From Enoplolaimus lenunculus (lineage: Eukaryota), in NCBI GenBank assembly GCA_030248215.1, contig JASANG010000245.1, positions 372,001 to 428,856 of the forward strand: 56,856 nucleotides of DNA, given 5' to 3'. The notes beneath the pieces were generated by a model. The model made no database searches, was not told the DNA's origin, and saw only the letters and a program-made list of their open reading frames with translations. The position numbers and the translations under genes are program-made. Below, in pieces: positions 26,794-39,080 of this stretch (positions are counted from its first letter, which is position 1; each line of letters starts with the position of its first letter).

Positions 26794-27194
26794 TAATGCA
26801 GCATTAAACTTTGAAGTAAAAATGTTATAAACAGAGCTTTTCTAAAATCACTTTTGAAGAGTTTCAACGGAATTTCGATTCCGGCTAAAATTCTGACAAA
26901 ATTTCCATTCCGATTCCGACGGAGTGTGAATCGGATGCCGGAATTCCGGTATTTTCGGTTGCGTATGTTTTTCCGTCATATTTATTTCAGGTTTAAACTT
27001 ATGTTCCACTTTGATTTAACGCATTGAAAAAGGCGAAAAATGAATAGCAAAATTATAAAATTTAGAGAATTATATTTTGCCATTGAAAGCTTATACTGAG
27101 AAACTACTGTGTATAAAATGTGAAATAAAATCAATTTGGTTTTACAACTAAAAATTTATAAAATTACAATACAATTTAAGGCTAAAAATTCCGC

Positions 27195-27400
27195 TTCCGG
27201 TTCCAATGAGCAAATTCAGTTCCGGTTCCAGTGAGCAAATTGAATTCCGGTTCCAATGAGCAAATTCAGATCCGGTTCCAGTGAGCAAATTGAATTCCGG
27301 TTCCAATGAGCAAATTCAGTTCCGGTTCCAGTGAGCAAATTGAATTCCGGGTCCAACGAGCAATTTGAATGCCGGGTCCAATGAGCAAATTCAATTCCGA
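27195..27400 (+). repeat. 25-bp minisatellite with alternating A/B units inside a hAT-like MITE end
   Basis: ttccggttccaatgagcaaattcag alternating with ttccggttccagtgagcaaattgaa, ~8 units; element ends ttggaaccctg at 27439. Confidence 0.9.
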
Positions 27401-27663
27401 TTCCGATTGTGTCACAAATACGTTCCGGTTGGAACCCTGCAGTATTTTGGTGTATTTCAGTGACATATATATTCGTTAAATTAATAGCTTTTATACTTAA
27501 AACTCAGTTTACTTCTAATATTATTACATCGATAATTAATAATGGGCAGTATATGGCAATCGCGTTATAAGGCACTATACTGCGATACGTTGCTTTGTCT
27601 ACTCAAATTATCAATTTAAATGTCAATTTACACGTTTGATATTGTAAAGTCTACACATATATA

Positions 27664-28107
27664 ATGTGTCCGACAAGCGATAACACTTGTACTCAGTGGA
27701 CTGCGAATACTGCTGGCCGCAGTAAATGTGTTGTTAGAAGCGACGATTTTCAATCCGATTGTCAAGCCAAAACGGGTTTCGAACCGTTGTACCGTCAACA
27801 CCGTTGTCAAAGATGCGTTTACGCAACTGGCGATAATATTAAATGTAGCGGTGTCGGTTGCAAGTCACACACTAAAGCCAGTATTGGATCAATGAATGCT
27901 AGCGTCGTACGGACTAGTAGCAATCATCATTATTGTTGTTGCTGTTGTTGTGTTTGTTGTTGTTGTAAATGTAATTCACTGAAATCGTGGGTGCCAAATG
28001 TTGTGCTGTTATCATCGTCACTGGACAAGCAACAGCAGCAACAACAGAAACAACAACGACAGCAGAAGCAGCAGCAGCAGCAACGACGACAACAACAACA
28101 ACAACAG

Positions 28108-28163
<56 letters not shown>

Positions 28164-28686
28164 GCAGCAACAACAGCAGCAGCAGCAACAACAGCAGCAG
28201 CAGCAACAACAACAACAGCAGCAGCAACAACGACAACAGCAGCAACAACAACAGCAACAACAGCAGCAGCAACGACGACAACAACAACAACAACAACGAC
28301 GACGACGACGACAGCAACTGCTACAACGGTCAACAACAACAACTGCGTCGACTTGTGCTTTTGTATCACTGCCATTATTTTATAATTTTGTCTTTGCTAT
28401 CACAGGCAGCTTTGCATCGATATGGATCGACTATTTGGTTTCTGCTATCGTAGTTTGGTGTACATCAGTATCGATGCGATTGAGCGAACTTTTTACATCA
28501 ACGGCATCGTTCAAACGATCCGTACGGTGGCGACGGCGGCGGCAGACGTTTGATGTGTTGTCAATTTGGCTGTTGGCGATGATCGCTGTGGTCCCGACGA
28601 TCGGTGCAGTTGATAATTTTGGTAAGGATGCTATGTATAGTCTGATAATGGTAAATGCTGATAATGGTAAATGCTGTTTGAGCTGA
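27664..28686 (+). CDS. Hypothetical 340-aa poly-Cys/poly-Gln ORF; coding status unproven
   Basis: Only long ORF; ATG start; ~120 open codons on each side of the CAA/CAG tract; no recognisable domain. Confidence 0.3.
28027..28345 (+). repeat. Mixed (CAA/CAG/CGA)n trinucleotide tract, ~100 triplets
   Basis: Directly visible. Confidence 0.97.
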
Positions 28687-30323
28687 TGAAGGTGTGTTTT
28701 GTCGGCAGTAGTCGATTGGTCATTAGTTGAACAACAGGTTTTGAGGTTGCTTAAATGGTACGGTTTGTGTAGTTTTATGATGAAGCAGTGTATACATACA
28801 TACACATCCGGTCAGCTCTTGAGCACTTTGGCTCTGTTAGGTAGCATCGAGGGTTATGGTTCAGCTTAGGTTTAGCCTTAGGTAAACGGCTTAGTGGCTT
28901 AGGCATCGTTGTGAAACTTAAGCGTAAATTGAGCCTAAGCCGGCCGTTGGAGGAAAGTGGACCAAAAGAACCTGTATGGTCGCCGTTGAGTTTTTATTAT
29001 GGTACATGGATCCGTAGAATTTTGCGTACAGTATGTATATATATATGGCTATTACAAGAGTGGATGATGACAAGAGTGTGCAACTCCTTGGTGTCCGCAT
29101 GGTACAAAATGTACCACCGGGCGCTGCTTTTTTGACCGACCGCCTCCTGGTTTACAGGGGTGGTTGCTATCACATGATTACCCGTAAATTAAACTGTAAC
29201 TGGAGCATGTTTGACACCGCATACATAAAGTGTCATGGTTCGCATCGGTTGTACCCCCTCTAAATAAAGGGGGGGGGACAAAAACTTTAAATAAAGGGAG
29301 GGGAGGCAGGGCCAAATCGCAACGCGTGCCGGGTACATTCTGTTCTACATAAAATGTGCCCCCGTTGCACACTCCTGTAAAAAGAGTCACACACTCTTGC
29401 TACTGTTACGTAATAGTTTTAGTTGAGATAAGTGTACTTTGTCAAAAATTGATTCTTGTAAGTGTGGTTGGTTATAAGGCTCGTGTGAGAGTAGGTTTTG
29501 TTGTAGGTGATGGTTGCTGTGTTTGGTGCCTCGTGTCTATGTGAGCTATGCGGTTTTTGAGTCCATTTTAGAATGTTGGCGTAGTTAAATTGTTCATACT
29601 CTACACGGAATATGAAGGTTTTACGTATGTCAGGCACGTGGAATATGGTTAGTTTTTATTACAGATGAGTGAGTGCATTCGTGAAAAATAGTAAAAAAAA
29701 ACTATGAAATGGTCGTGATGACGTGTTATAGGGTTTGATCAGGGCAGCTAATATAAACACGAAATATACGACAATTCGTCGGCCGATAACGCGGCGCCCA
29801 ACAGTGTCGTAGAGCCTATGAGTAAATGTAAGCATTATCCAAAGCGTAATGCTAAGTTTAAACCTAAGCCTAAACGTAAGCGTAATGATGTGCGACGAAT
29901 TGTCGAGTCGATGAAATTTCGGATTGCCAGTTGCCGGGTGACCTTTTACTACATACCTACTGTATACGTACGTATATATACACATATATACTTTGGTGCT
30001 TACTGCAGATTACATGCAAGCTGTTAAAGTGTATAACCAAGGGTATCTACAGTAAATTGTCACCCGACAACTCGGAGCAAGACGTTTCATCGACCCTGGC
30101 AACTTGTGCCGATACATCGTCAATTCGACAACCCGTCGCCCTGACATCTTGGTGACCCATTCCACCGTAGCCTACGCCGGGCTACAAATTACGGGTCGGC
30201 GAGTTACCGTAATTACTGGCGGACGGTTACTTAGTTGTCAGGTCGTGTTGATGTCGGGTTGGGAGATGTCGGACGGCGAGTTGTTGGGCGATGACTCATC
30301 GTGGTATGTAACTAAGCAGATCG

Positions 30324-30869
30324 CAAGGTTCAACTGGAATTCCTGTTCCGGCCGGAATTCGTGCAAAATTTTCAATTCCTTTTCCGGTTCCTGTTCCTGT
30401 GTTCAAAGATGCCGGAACCCGAATTTTTACGGTTTTGTAGCAAATTATGCCTAATCATTTAAATATTGGAAACGTTGTCTTTGAAAAATTATTATTTCCA
30501 CATGAGTGTTTTTGCAATTACTTCAATTTTGTTAATATACTGTTTCAGTTGTGTTTTCATAAAACTTGATGATGAAATAGCTGAAAATTCGTTTTAGCCG
30601 TTTTTTGGCTTTTGCCTTCTAAAACGTCCGACAGTAAATCGGTAATGAAAATATTTTTTAAATTCCGGTTCATGTTCCTGTTCTGGTTCCTGCAAAGAGA
30701 TTGAATTCATGCTCCTGTTATGGTTCCTGCAAAGAAATTGAATTCATGTTCCTATTCTGGTTCCTGCAAAGAAATTGAATTCATGCTCCTATTCTGGTTC
30801 CTGCAAAAAAATTGAATTCCTCTTCCGGTTCCTGCAAAATTAAGTTCCTGGTTCGAACTTCGAACCCTA
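30324..30869 (-). mobile_element. Family B MITE with internal 37-bp x4 expansion
   Basis: CAAGGTTCAAC...TTCGAACCCTA ends; homologous to 6641-7049; unit tggttcctgcaaagaaattgaattcatgytcctattc at ~30684-30835. Confidence 0.8.
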
Positions 30870-31867
30870 ATATATATAAATGAAAAGCTTATTTGACTAT
30901 TATCACACTGTTAAATGGACATATAACTTGAATGACTCCAAGTGGCTGCGCAAGTATTATTGGCAGCATTCGGTTTTGAAAGTTATTTTTTCTTAATGGC
31001 CATTGTAACCAAGATATGAATAATTCGAACATTCTATTAATTCAGAAAAAACCGTTTTGGCCCACGTCAATAAACTGATTTTGTTGCGAAATTTGTATTT
31101 GTCGGTATACCCACGAGAAAGGAAGTTTGAGTTGTATATTTATTTCGTTGCTTTTTGGGCGTACATACGTACGTACGTCGCTGAAGTTCCAGCAGGGGGG
31201 CGGCAAAGGCGAAGTAAATAAGATTGGAATTGAATAGATTTATTAGCCGATTTGGTGGAAGGAGTTTTTGGTAAACATTGGACTGGTCAGGATTGATGCT
31301 ATATATATTTCCGTAAGAAGATTACGTGTGAGTTTGCGATTGGAGCCGAGTATTTGAGGTGATGCTAAACCAATACCCGGTATTGCTTGTATGTACTGTA
31401 CTGTGGTGATCCGTATAAGAGAGGGCGGGTTGATATTTATTTGGCGTCTCCAGAGCGTACCCCCCGCCCTGCGCCTTTTATTCGGTTACGGACTGTTATT
31501 TAGTTTTAATCCGCCCTCTGCCACTCTTTGTTACTGATATATATCCGGTACTGCAATTATCCATTTGAATTAAACGTTTATTTGTCTTGTATCAAAATCT
31601 TGAACCAAATAATTTGTCACAATTTCAGCCGGAATCGAAGTTCCGTTGGAACTCTAATCGATAGATAACTCAAGTGATAAAATGTGCCAGAATACGGTAT
31701 ATACCAACTGAGTTTCTGGTTATTCTGGCGTGTACAACGCCATTCACTGTGACATGGTGGTGTGTTTTTTGAAGTTTAGTTTTATTGCAGCTTTTGTTGT
31801 CGGTCATTGTTTGGTAGTTTGACGAGGCACCGCGTCGGTTGTACCGGGTGGTAAACTGTTTGAGATT

Positions 31868-32094
31868 GGCGTTTTTTGGGGTTCGGATTTGAAGGCGTCA
31901 CAATAGGAGCAAATATGATGATAATGATTTTGGGTTAGGATTTGAAGGGGTCAGGGGTCACAATAGGAGCAAATATGATGATAATGATTTTGGGTTAGGA
32001 TTTGAAGGGGTCAGGGGTCACAATAGGAGCAAATATGATGATAATGATTTTGGGTTAGGATTTGAAGGGGTCAGGGGTCACAATATGAGCAAAT

Positions 32095-32128
<34 letters not shown>
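31868..32128. repeat. 60-bp minisatellite (~3.5 units) ending in (GAT)n
   Basis: Sequence lines 31921, 31981 and 32041 are near-identical; the internal GATGAT expands to ~11 units at the end. Confidence 0.95.
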
Positions 32129-33047
32129 CTGAACGATTGAAAACGTTGAAAAGTCCATGAACCCGATTGATCGCGGCTGATGTTGACTAGTGAACTCGTG
32201 GAAATAGTTTGGGTTAACTGGACGCGTAAAGGAAGGCTTAGTCAAGGATTTTAGGAAAAGTTAATTTTGAAGGATCCGTACGCATGACGAACAGTGTGGG
32301 TTTGGAGCAAAGGTTGTATCCGGTTTCTTCATGTACAGTTGAGCGTCCGAGGATCAATTTGTATGTGCTGTATAGTGTTTTAGCTAATCATAATCATAGA
32401 CGTAGACAGGATTTTGGAACCGAGGGGTTACCTTTAAAAAAGTGAAAACGTATCAAAGTTGTTTACAAAAATTCCAACGGGGGTTGACCCAGGATTGCCA
32501 CCCCCGTCCACAAAAATTTCCAGGGGGGTTGACTCATGATTGCCACCCCCGTCCACAAAAATTTCCAGTGGGGTTTGACCGCTGATTCCCGCCCCCATCC
32601 CTGCCGGCTACGTTCTGGGTAACGGTACAGTTAGAGAGCACACGTACTGGTTAAGTTACTAGGCTCTTTTCGAAGGAAAAGTTCTTTTTGCTTTTGCGGT
32701 CTTTGGCAGCTGCGATGCCGCTGCGGCGTGATATGGTGTCGGTCGGCTGTGGCCCTGTGGTCCGTTTAAAGCTAACAAGGTTAAATGGTACATGGCGTGA
32801 CGCTATTATCGATGTATGGTGTTTAGGGCGTTCTCCTACGAGTTAACAACGGATTTGTTCCGTCCGTGTGGTTCATATGTTATGAACGAAGGGTTATATT
32901 TGTTGCACTGGTTTGACGGTTTGTTGAGGCGCAAATGTTGCAAAGTTTGGTAAAAATGATATACAACGGTTGCAGTTGCGTGTGTGTGTGTGTGCAGGCG
33001 AATTTGGCGACTGACTGATGGGACGGGATAGGAGCGTAGGCAGGGAC

Positions 33048-33101
33048 CAGGGTGCAATCGGAATTACAATTTACCGGAATCGGAATTCCGGTTGCGCCCT
33101 G
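33048..33101 (+). mobile_element. 54-bp termini-only derivative of family A
   Basis: CAGGGTGCAATCGG...CCGGTTGCGCCCTG; TSD GCAGGGAC/GTAGAGAC (6/8). Confidence 0.8.
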
Positions 33102-33868
33102 GTAGAGACGTAAGCAAGATTTCGGAAAGTGATTTAGATGGTTTGAAAAATTTTTCGAAGCGGTGATTTGTTTTGTGTTACGTATCAGCTGAAAATGTTC
33201 GTTCAACTTAGCATAAGAATCACAATGGGTGAGGTGGGGGGTGGGTGTCGATTCACTAACATTCTCCTGGCCACGCCTTTGGTATTAGATTGTAAGCAGG
33301 GTGCGACCGGATATTAATTTACCGAACACCGGAAACGGATATCGTATATCGTATTTGGTAAAATAATTTATTTTTCGTTGTATTTTTAGCGTCCTCAAGG
33401 TATTTGTCTGTTATAAAGTCCATAATTGGTGGTAATAAACTGAAATTATACAATGCGAAAATGCGATTTATTTAATAAAACGTAAACAGTAGCTGAAAAT
33501 GCATCAAAACTTGAACTTCTTGACTTGTCCAGAAATGTAATCGCAGTAAGATGTTAGCCACGTTCACTTGTGAAAAGCATTTTCATAAAATTTGGCACGG
33601 CAGCCGTAAATGTTTGGTATTCTATATATAGGTTTATACAGTGTCTGTCCTAAAGCCTATTAATAAATCTAAACACAATCCCATGCCTAAGCGTAATGAG
33701 GGGTGACGAATTGTCGAGTCGATGAAATTTCTCGGTTTAGAAATTATCGCGGTCGACGAGTTGTTGGGAGCGAAGAATTGTCGTGATACCAGTTTGAACA
33801 GTGCTCAAATTTAGATGTTCAACTCGTCAGCAAATACTTAGCCATTAGTTAAATTGATGTATCAAGAA

Positions 33869-34287
33869 TAGGGATGTTCCGATACCAAAATTTTTGCCGA
33901 TGTCGATGCCGATCTTTATTTTGAAATTTTGCCGATGCCGATTTCAACTGTAGTAAACTACTATGCTTAATAAACAGATAGGACACTACATTACATCAGT
34001 ATATGAATGCTTAAACCGTAACCAACATAAACGATTAGAATTTTATGAGAACGGTTCGTTTCAATTAATTTGTTCAAACGCAAACGCAAAAGCGATAACA
34101 GTTTTCCTGACCAAACACACGCTGATATGCGCTAAGAAATGAAACTGATAGCATTCCAACTGACTGCTGTTATATGCACAAAAAGTATCGGCAAAGAATC
34201 GGCAATTTTTTTGCAGCGCCGATGCCGATGCTGATACTCACGAAAACTGCCGATTATTACCGATGCCGATTAATCGGCACATCGCTA
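33869..34287 (-). mobile_element. hAT-like MITE family D
   Basis: Full inverted copy of 4080-4465; flanks share TCAAGA. Confidence 0.85.
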
Positions 34288-34568
34288 ATTCAAGACAGTT
34301 TAGTCAAAAGACAGATACGAACAGCGGAATGTTGATGATGCTTATCGACATGTAACGCTAAAAATAGATTGATTTTTTAGTCATTTCGAGCAATTTTGCG
34401 AATGCGTTTATAGTGCAGCATTATCCGTATGACTTTTATGGATTTGTTTACTTTTATGGATTTGTTTACTTTTATGGATCTGTTTGGTGTTTACATTGTC
34501 ATAGTAAGACATAGTTTAATATGACGTTTGGCCGAACAATGTGGGCCCCGAGTTGTGTTTACTTAAGT

Positions 34569-34791
34569 CAGCATGGGCGGCGGATTGAGAAATAATTTGA
34601 CAGGGGTTTGTCAGGGTGGCACACCCACTGAACCGGTGTGATGTTTTTGGACGCATACACGCTTGATTCGAAGCTGTGTCGAGACTTGAAGTATTTTTTG
34701 CAATTTTGTAATTGGCAAAATGTTTTCGTTATGGGTGGCGGGGTGTAGCCAATGACCCCACCCCCCAACCCCATCACTGGATCCGCCACTG
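34569..34791. mobile_element. hAT-like MITE (…GGATCCGCCACTG end)
   Basis: Right TIR matches the 19549 family; TSD ACTTAAGT/GTTTAAGT (6/8); left end degraded. Confidence 0.55.
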
Positions 34792-35066
34792 GTTTAAGTT
34801 TAGGGTGTACTTACCGTCTACGTGGTGAGAGACTGTAGGATTTTAGTTGGAAAACGAAACGTTTGTACCGTCAACGCATCTTTTTATCTTTGCAAGTCAG
34901 ATGTTGGTCATGTGTGTGTTTTGGCTTTTAGTGATATATGACGATGGCTGATAGTTTGGCTTAGGGGTTAAAGTTTTTATCTGACGGTTGCGTTCAGTTC
35001 CGTGTTGTGGATATTGTTTGGATTGATTTTTATTGTCAAATATAGTATATATATGTATGTATATTT

Positions 35067-35457
35067 CAGGGTGCAACCGGAATTCCGGTTCCGGTTCCGG
35101 CATTTTTTCACCTTCCGGTTCCGGTTCCGGTAAATTTTTACCGGATTTAAAAATTCCGGTGTTATAATTTGGCCGTTTTCTTAACTTTGCTAATTTTTAA
35201 GAATCTCTTTTGAAAGCAACTTGTACTCCGAATATAAGCCATTGATGGTGGATTTCACTTCAGTCGATGATGAAAATCTAAAATACAACAAATAAAATAA
35301 ATATCTATGTTCGACTAAGGTTATTTCACAAATAATAGAGCAAAAAATAAGATTAAAATGAAATTTTTGGTGAAATGCATTTTTCATTTTCCGGTTCCGG
35401 TAAAATTTTCAAATTCCGGTTCCGGTTCCGGTAAATTGTAATTCCGGTTGCACCCTG
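35067..35457 (-). mobile_element. hAT-like MITE family A
   Basis: Perfect TIRs CAGGGTGCAACCGGAATT; flanks GTATATTT/GCTACAGG do not form a TSD. Confidence 0.92.
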
Positions 35458-35461
35458 GCTA

Positions 35462-35830
35462 CAGGCTAATTTGCATAATTAATTAAGCCTAAATTAGGAC
35501 ATTCTACAATATTTCACTAATTATTACAGTTGGAAGCAATCTAATTTTAGCACTAAAGGGTTTTTGGGTGCGATAAATCTGCGTACACAGTTTACAAACC
35601 TCCAAAACCGATAATTGAGGAGTTAGCTAATACATAATTTGCATATTAGCATAGTTTATAAGACTGAATTACGACTTTTTACGATTTCACTAATTATAAT
35701 TATTAAGATTAAAAGCAATGTAATTTCAGCACTAAAGGGTTTTCAGGTGCGAGGAATTTGAATAAATTGTTTACAAACCTCCAAAACCGATAAATGAATA
35801 GTTAGCTAATAACTAATTTGCATATACCTT
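35462..35830. repeat. Diverged ~175-bp tandem duplication
   Basis: agcactaaagggtttt...tttacaaacctccaaaaccgataa...gttagctaata...aatttgcatat occurs twice. Confidence 0.8.
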
Positions 35831-36408
35831 AATTGCTTACGTGTGTTAATAAATGTAGTCTCACTGCGACTGGTTACAGTAATGCTGGTCCAGTTTGGGA
35901 GGCCGTTTATGCAAGAAAAAAGTGTGGTGATGGTGCAGCGTCAGGAAAACTTTGACGGGTTGTGCGCTCGAATGATTAATTTAGCAAATAGTTGGCAAAT
36001 AAGCCGTTTGAAAGATGTTCAGATCGCTATTTTTGAGGAAAGTTAGGGTACAACCGGATGTCCGGTTACTGCAAAAAAATCGGCATCTGGCTCTGCGATT
36101 CTCACATTGTTGGATATTTATTGTTGAAAACTGCAACACATCTCTTCATAGGTATTATATCTATCTATATAATTAAAGCTGGAACGACCCACATACGTAT
36201 TTTGGCAGCGTTGCAGCATTTCAGTGCATAATATGTGTAACAGAAGAAAAACGTAGATATAATTGGAGATCAGTGTATATTTATGGAGTTATAGTCTTTT
36301 CTCATACAAAATAGATTTTAGTAAGAATAACTAAAACTCTGACTACGGTACAGCGTTCTACGATTAAAACTAGCGTTGTAAATTTTTCAACACAATTACT
36401 ATTATATA

Positions 36409-36693
36409 TGTCGCAGGCCAATCTGGTATTCAGGCCAATTACTGATTAGCCTAGGCAAATATGCTATTTTATGTAATAGCAGACTAGCCAATGCTAAACT
36501 GCTATTAAAATTGCATATAGACCAATCAGATTAGATTACTTCGACAAACGCAATACCGTTAACCAATCAGCGTTAATTTTTCATGATTGTTGTTTTATGA
36601 CATCTCACAATCGCTATTTGGCCTAGGCCACACTGCTATTTACTTCGAATAGCAGATTGGTAATTGGCGTGAATAACAGATTGGCCTACAACA
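36409..36693 (+). mobile_element. MITE family G in TA context (Tc1/mariner-like target)
   Basis: TIR TGTCGCAGGCCAATCTG / CAGATTGGCCTACAACA flanked by TATA on both sides. Confidence 0.8.
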
Positions 36694-38874
36694 TATATAT
36701 GCTTTGAAGTACTTTAATACTAAGGCATTAATGAAAACAAAATTGTAACTGTTATTTTATATTAAGTTTAACTTTTTGTGGAAATTTGAATTTAAATATC
36801 CGGCGCCTGTATTTTTTAATACCCGGTTGAACCTGGAAATCTGTGTAGATTTGTGATGACATTAATATGGCTTCAATTCAGAAATATATATATTTAAATT
36901 TATATATATTTATATATATGTATATATATTTATATATATGTATATTTATTTATATTTATTATATATTTCTGTTTAATTTAGCATAAATGCTTGAACACGA
37001 AAAGCAAAATTTATTTTTCATGTGATTGCATAAGGTTTCTATAACAGGCAGAGATTGCGTGAACGGCGAACGGTGTACGTTTTACTGCATACGACGTCAA
37101 CGAGGATTGGGACGCGTTAGGCAGGTTGGATTTAATAACGTAGTTTTTTTATACCCGGTCAGTGTTTCTGGTACTGGCAGTTGGTGGAAATATAGGGTTT
37201 AGGTTTTGATAGTTTTGTGGCCGAGTGTTATCGTTTCGTTAGATCAGGTTTGATAGTTTGGGCGTCATAGTTTGTATCGGTTGAATTGATTGCTTACAAA
37301 ATTAGTTTAAAACCGACGTGCACACGCTTGGAAATTGCAATTATTGCGAAGTTACGAGGGTGTAACCGGATATCTGTTTAGTGTTTTCAGTAACATTAGT
37401 GTCGGTTTCCGGTTCAGAAATACGTAAATTTTCGTGGTTCATATGCTCACAGTTGGGACCAAAATCGATTAAGTATCACTTGATTACCAAAATAGGTCGG
37501 TCATTCCGTTCATTTTATGCCCATAGTATAATACGTACAAATATTACAGATGGGTTTTTTGGCCAGTTTTTATGTCGTAGGCCAATTGGCCTTAGGTAAA
37601 CTGCTATTTGCCAATGTGCTATTCAGACCAATTACTAATTAATTGGCCCAGGCCAATCTGTTATTTTGAGCAAATAGCGGTTTGGTCGATGCCAAAATAA
37701 ATAGTGATTACGAGATGTAGCAAAACAACAGTGATGTAAAATCAACGCTGATTGGTTATTAGTAATTGACGGTTCCCGAACAGACGGCCGCTGGACAAAA
37801 AACCGTCCGGTCAAAACACCGTCCGGCCAAAGGGCCGTCCGGACTAAAGGCCGCCCGTACAAAATACCGCGTGTATAAAAGGCTGCCTGGCAAAATTGAA
37901 TTAAACCATAGGCTCTCAAGCAACGACATGCTAAATGGAAGTTGAGTGATTTGAATAAGAAATTATAAATCCTGCAAATATCATAGTGAGCATTTGTTTT
38001 TGTTTTTTTTTTGTGTTTTTTTGTTTTTTATTTATTGTTGTAGCCAAAATTTAAACATGCAGGTTGTTTTTGCGTTTTTGACTATTCACAAACTGTCCAT
38101 CGCCTAAAATTCACCAGAAACCATTTGATTTCTGGTGATGACCAAAAATTGACCGAGGCTGGCAGTTTTTATGGCCTGTCTCGCCAGTCAAGTCCTGGTC
38201 TCTGTTCCGACCATCCCTGGGCATAGCTAAAGCAATATACTGGTTGGTTGGACCATATGTGCCAAGACGTATTGTCCACACAGCAAATTAGGTACGTATC
38301 CAAGTAGCATTTTACACATAAACTCCAAAGACATTTCGGTGTTTTAGGTTGTCCCAAACACAGCCGGCGTTTGCCCAAAAATGGTACAATTTTGAAAATT
38401 TTTGCATATTTGAGCTTGTTGTTATTTTTTCAAAAGCTTGCGAGTTATTCTCATATAATCGTCTTCGTTCATCGTCGGCCAATGGACTGAGTGTGCGCCA
38501 AATGAATGAAAATTCAAATTTTGGCGTGAAATGATCAGGAATGTTCATAAAAGCTCAGATAAAAAATTTCTTTTAAATCCGGAGCAAACGCCGACTGGTT
38601 GACATATAATGGAAAAGAGTCAGTAGTATTTGTGTCACCTTAGTCTGTATGTAAACAATCCAAATATTTATTTATCCGTTTTTGAGGGTTAGCTAATTTG
38701 CATGCCAGACTTAAAATATAATAAAGCTGATTGAAGATTGTGCCAGACTTGTGTAATGTAAGCATGTTTGGGGTGGCAGGTAAGCCAGAAGCTGCCTATC
38801 GCGTTTTAATATAAGCCAAAATCGGGGATGTTATACATATACGTACGTATGTGAGTACGTAATCCGCATCGGGA

Positions 38875-39080
38875 CGTCGGGCGGCACCGTACGGCTGACG
38901 GACGGCGCCGTACGGCTGACGGACGGCGCCATACGGCTGACGGACAGCGCCGTACGGCTGACGGACGGCACCGTACGGCTGACGGACGGCCCCGTACGGC
39001 TGACGGACGGCACCGTACGGCTGACGGACGGCCCCGTACGGCTGACGGACGGCACCGTACGGCTGACCGACGGTGCCGGA
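38875..39080. repeat. 21-bp GC-rich minisatellite (CCGTACGGCTGACGGACGGCR) ~9 units, related to family E subterminal motif
   Basis: Tandem array; generates the QPYGAVR pseudo-ORF. Confidence 0.92.

Noticed and set aside
27914..28453. Poly-Thr/Ala, poly-Asn/Ser, poly-Leu and poly-Val ORFs
   Set aside because: Alternative frames of the same triplet tract that close soon outside it
38044..38550. Possible exon pair around a 56-bp GT-AG intron (38292-38347), or minus-strand pseudogene
   Set aside because: All frames tested by eye hit stops and no protein family was recognisable; a BLASTX would settle it
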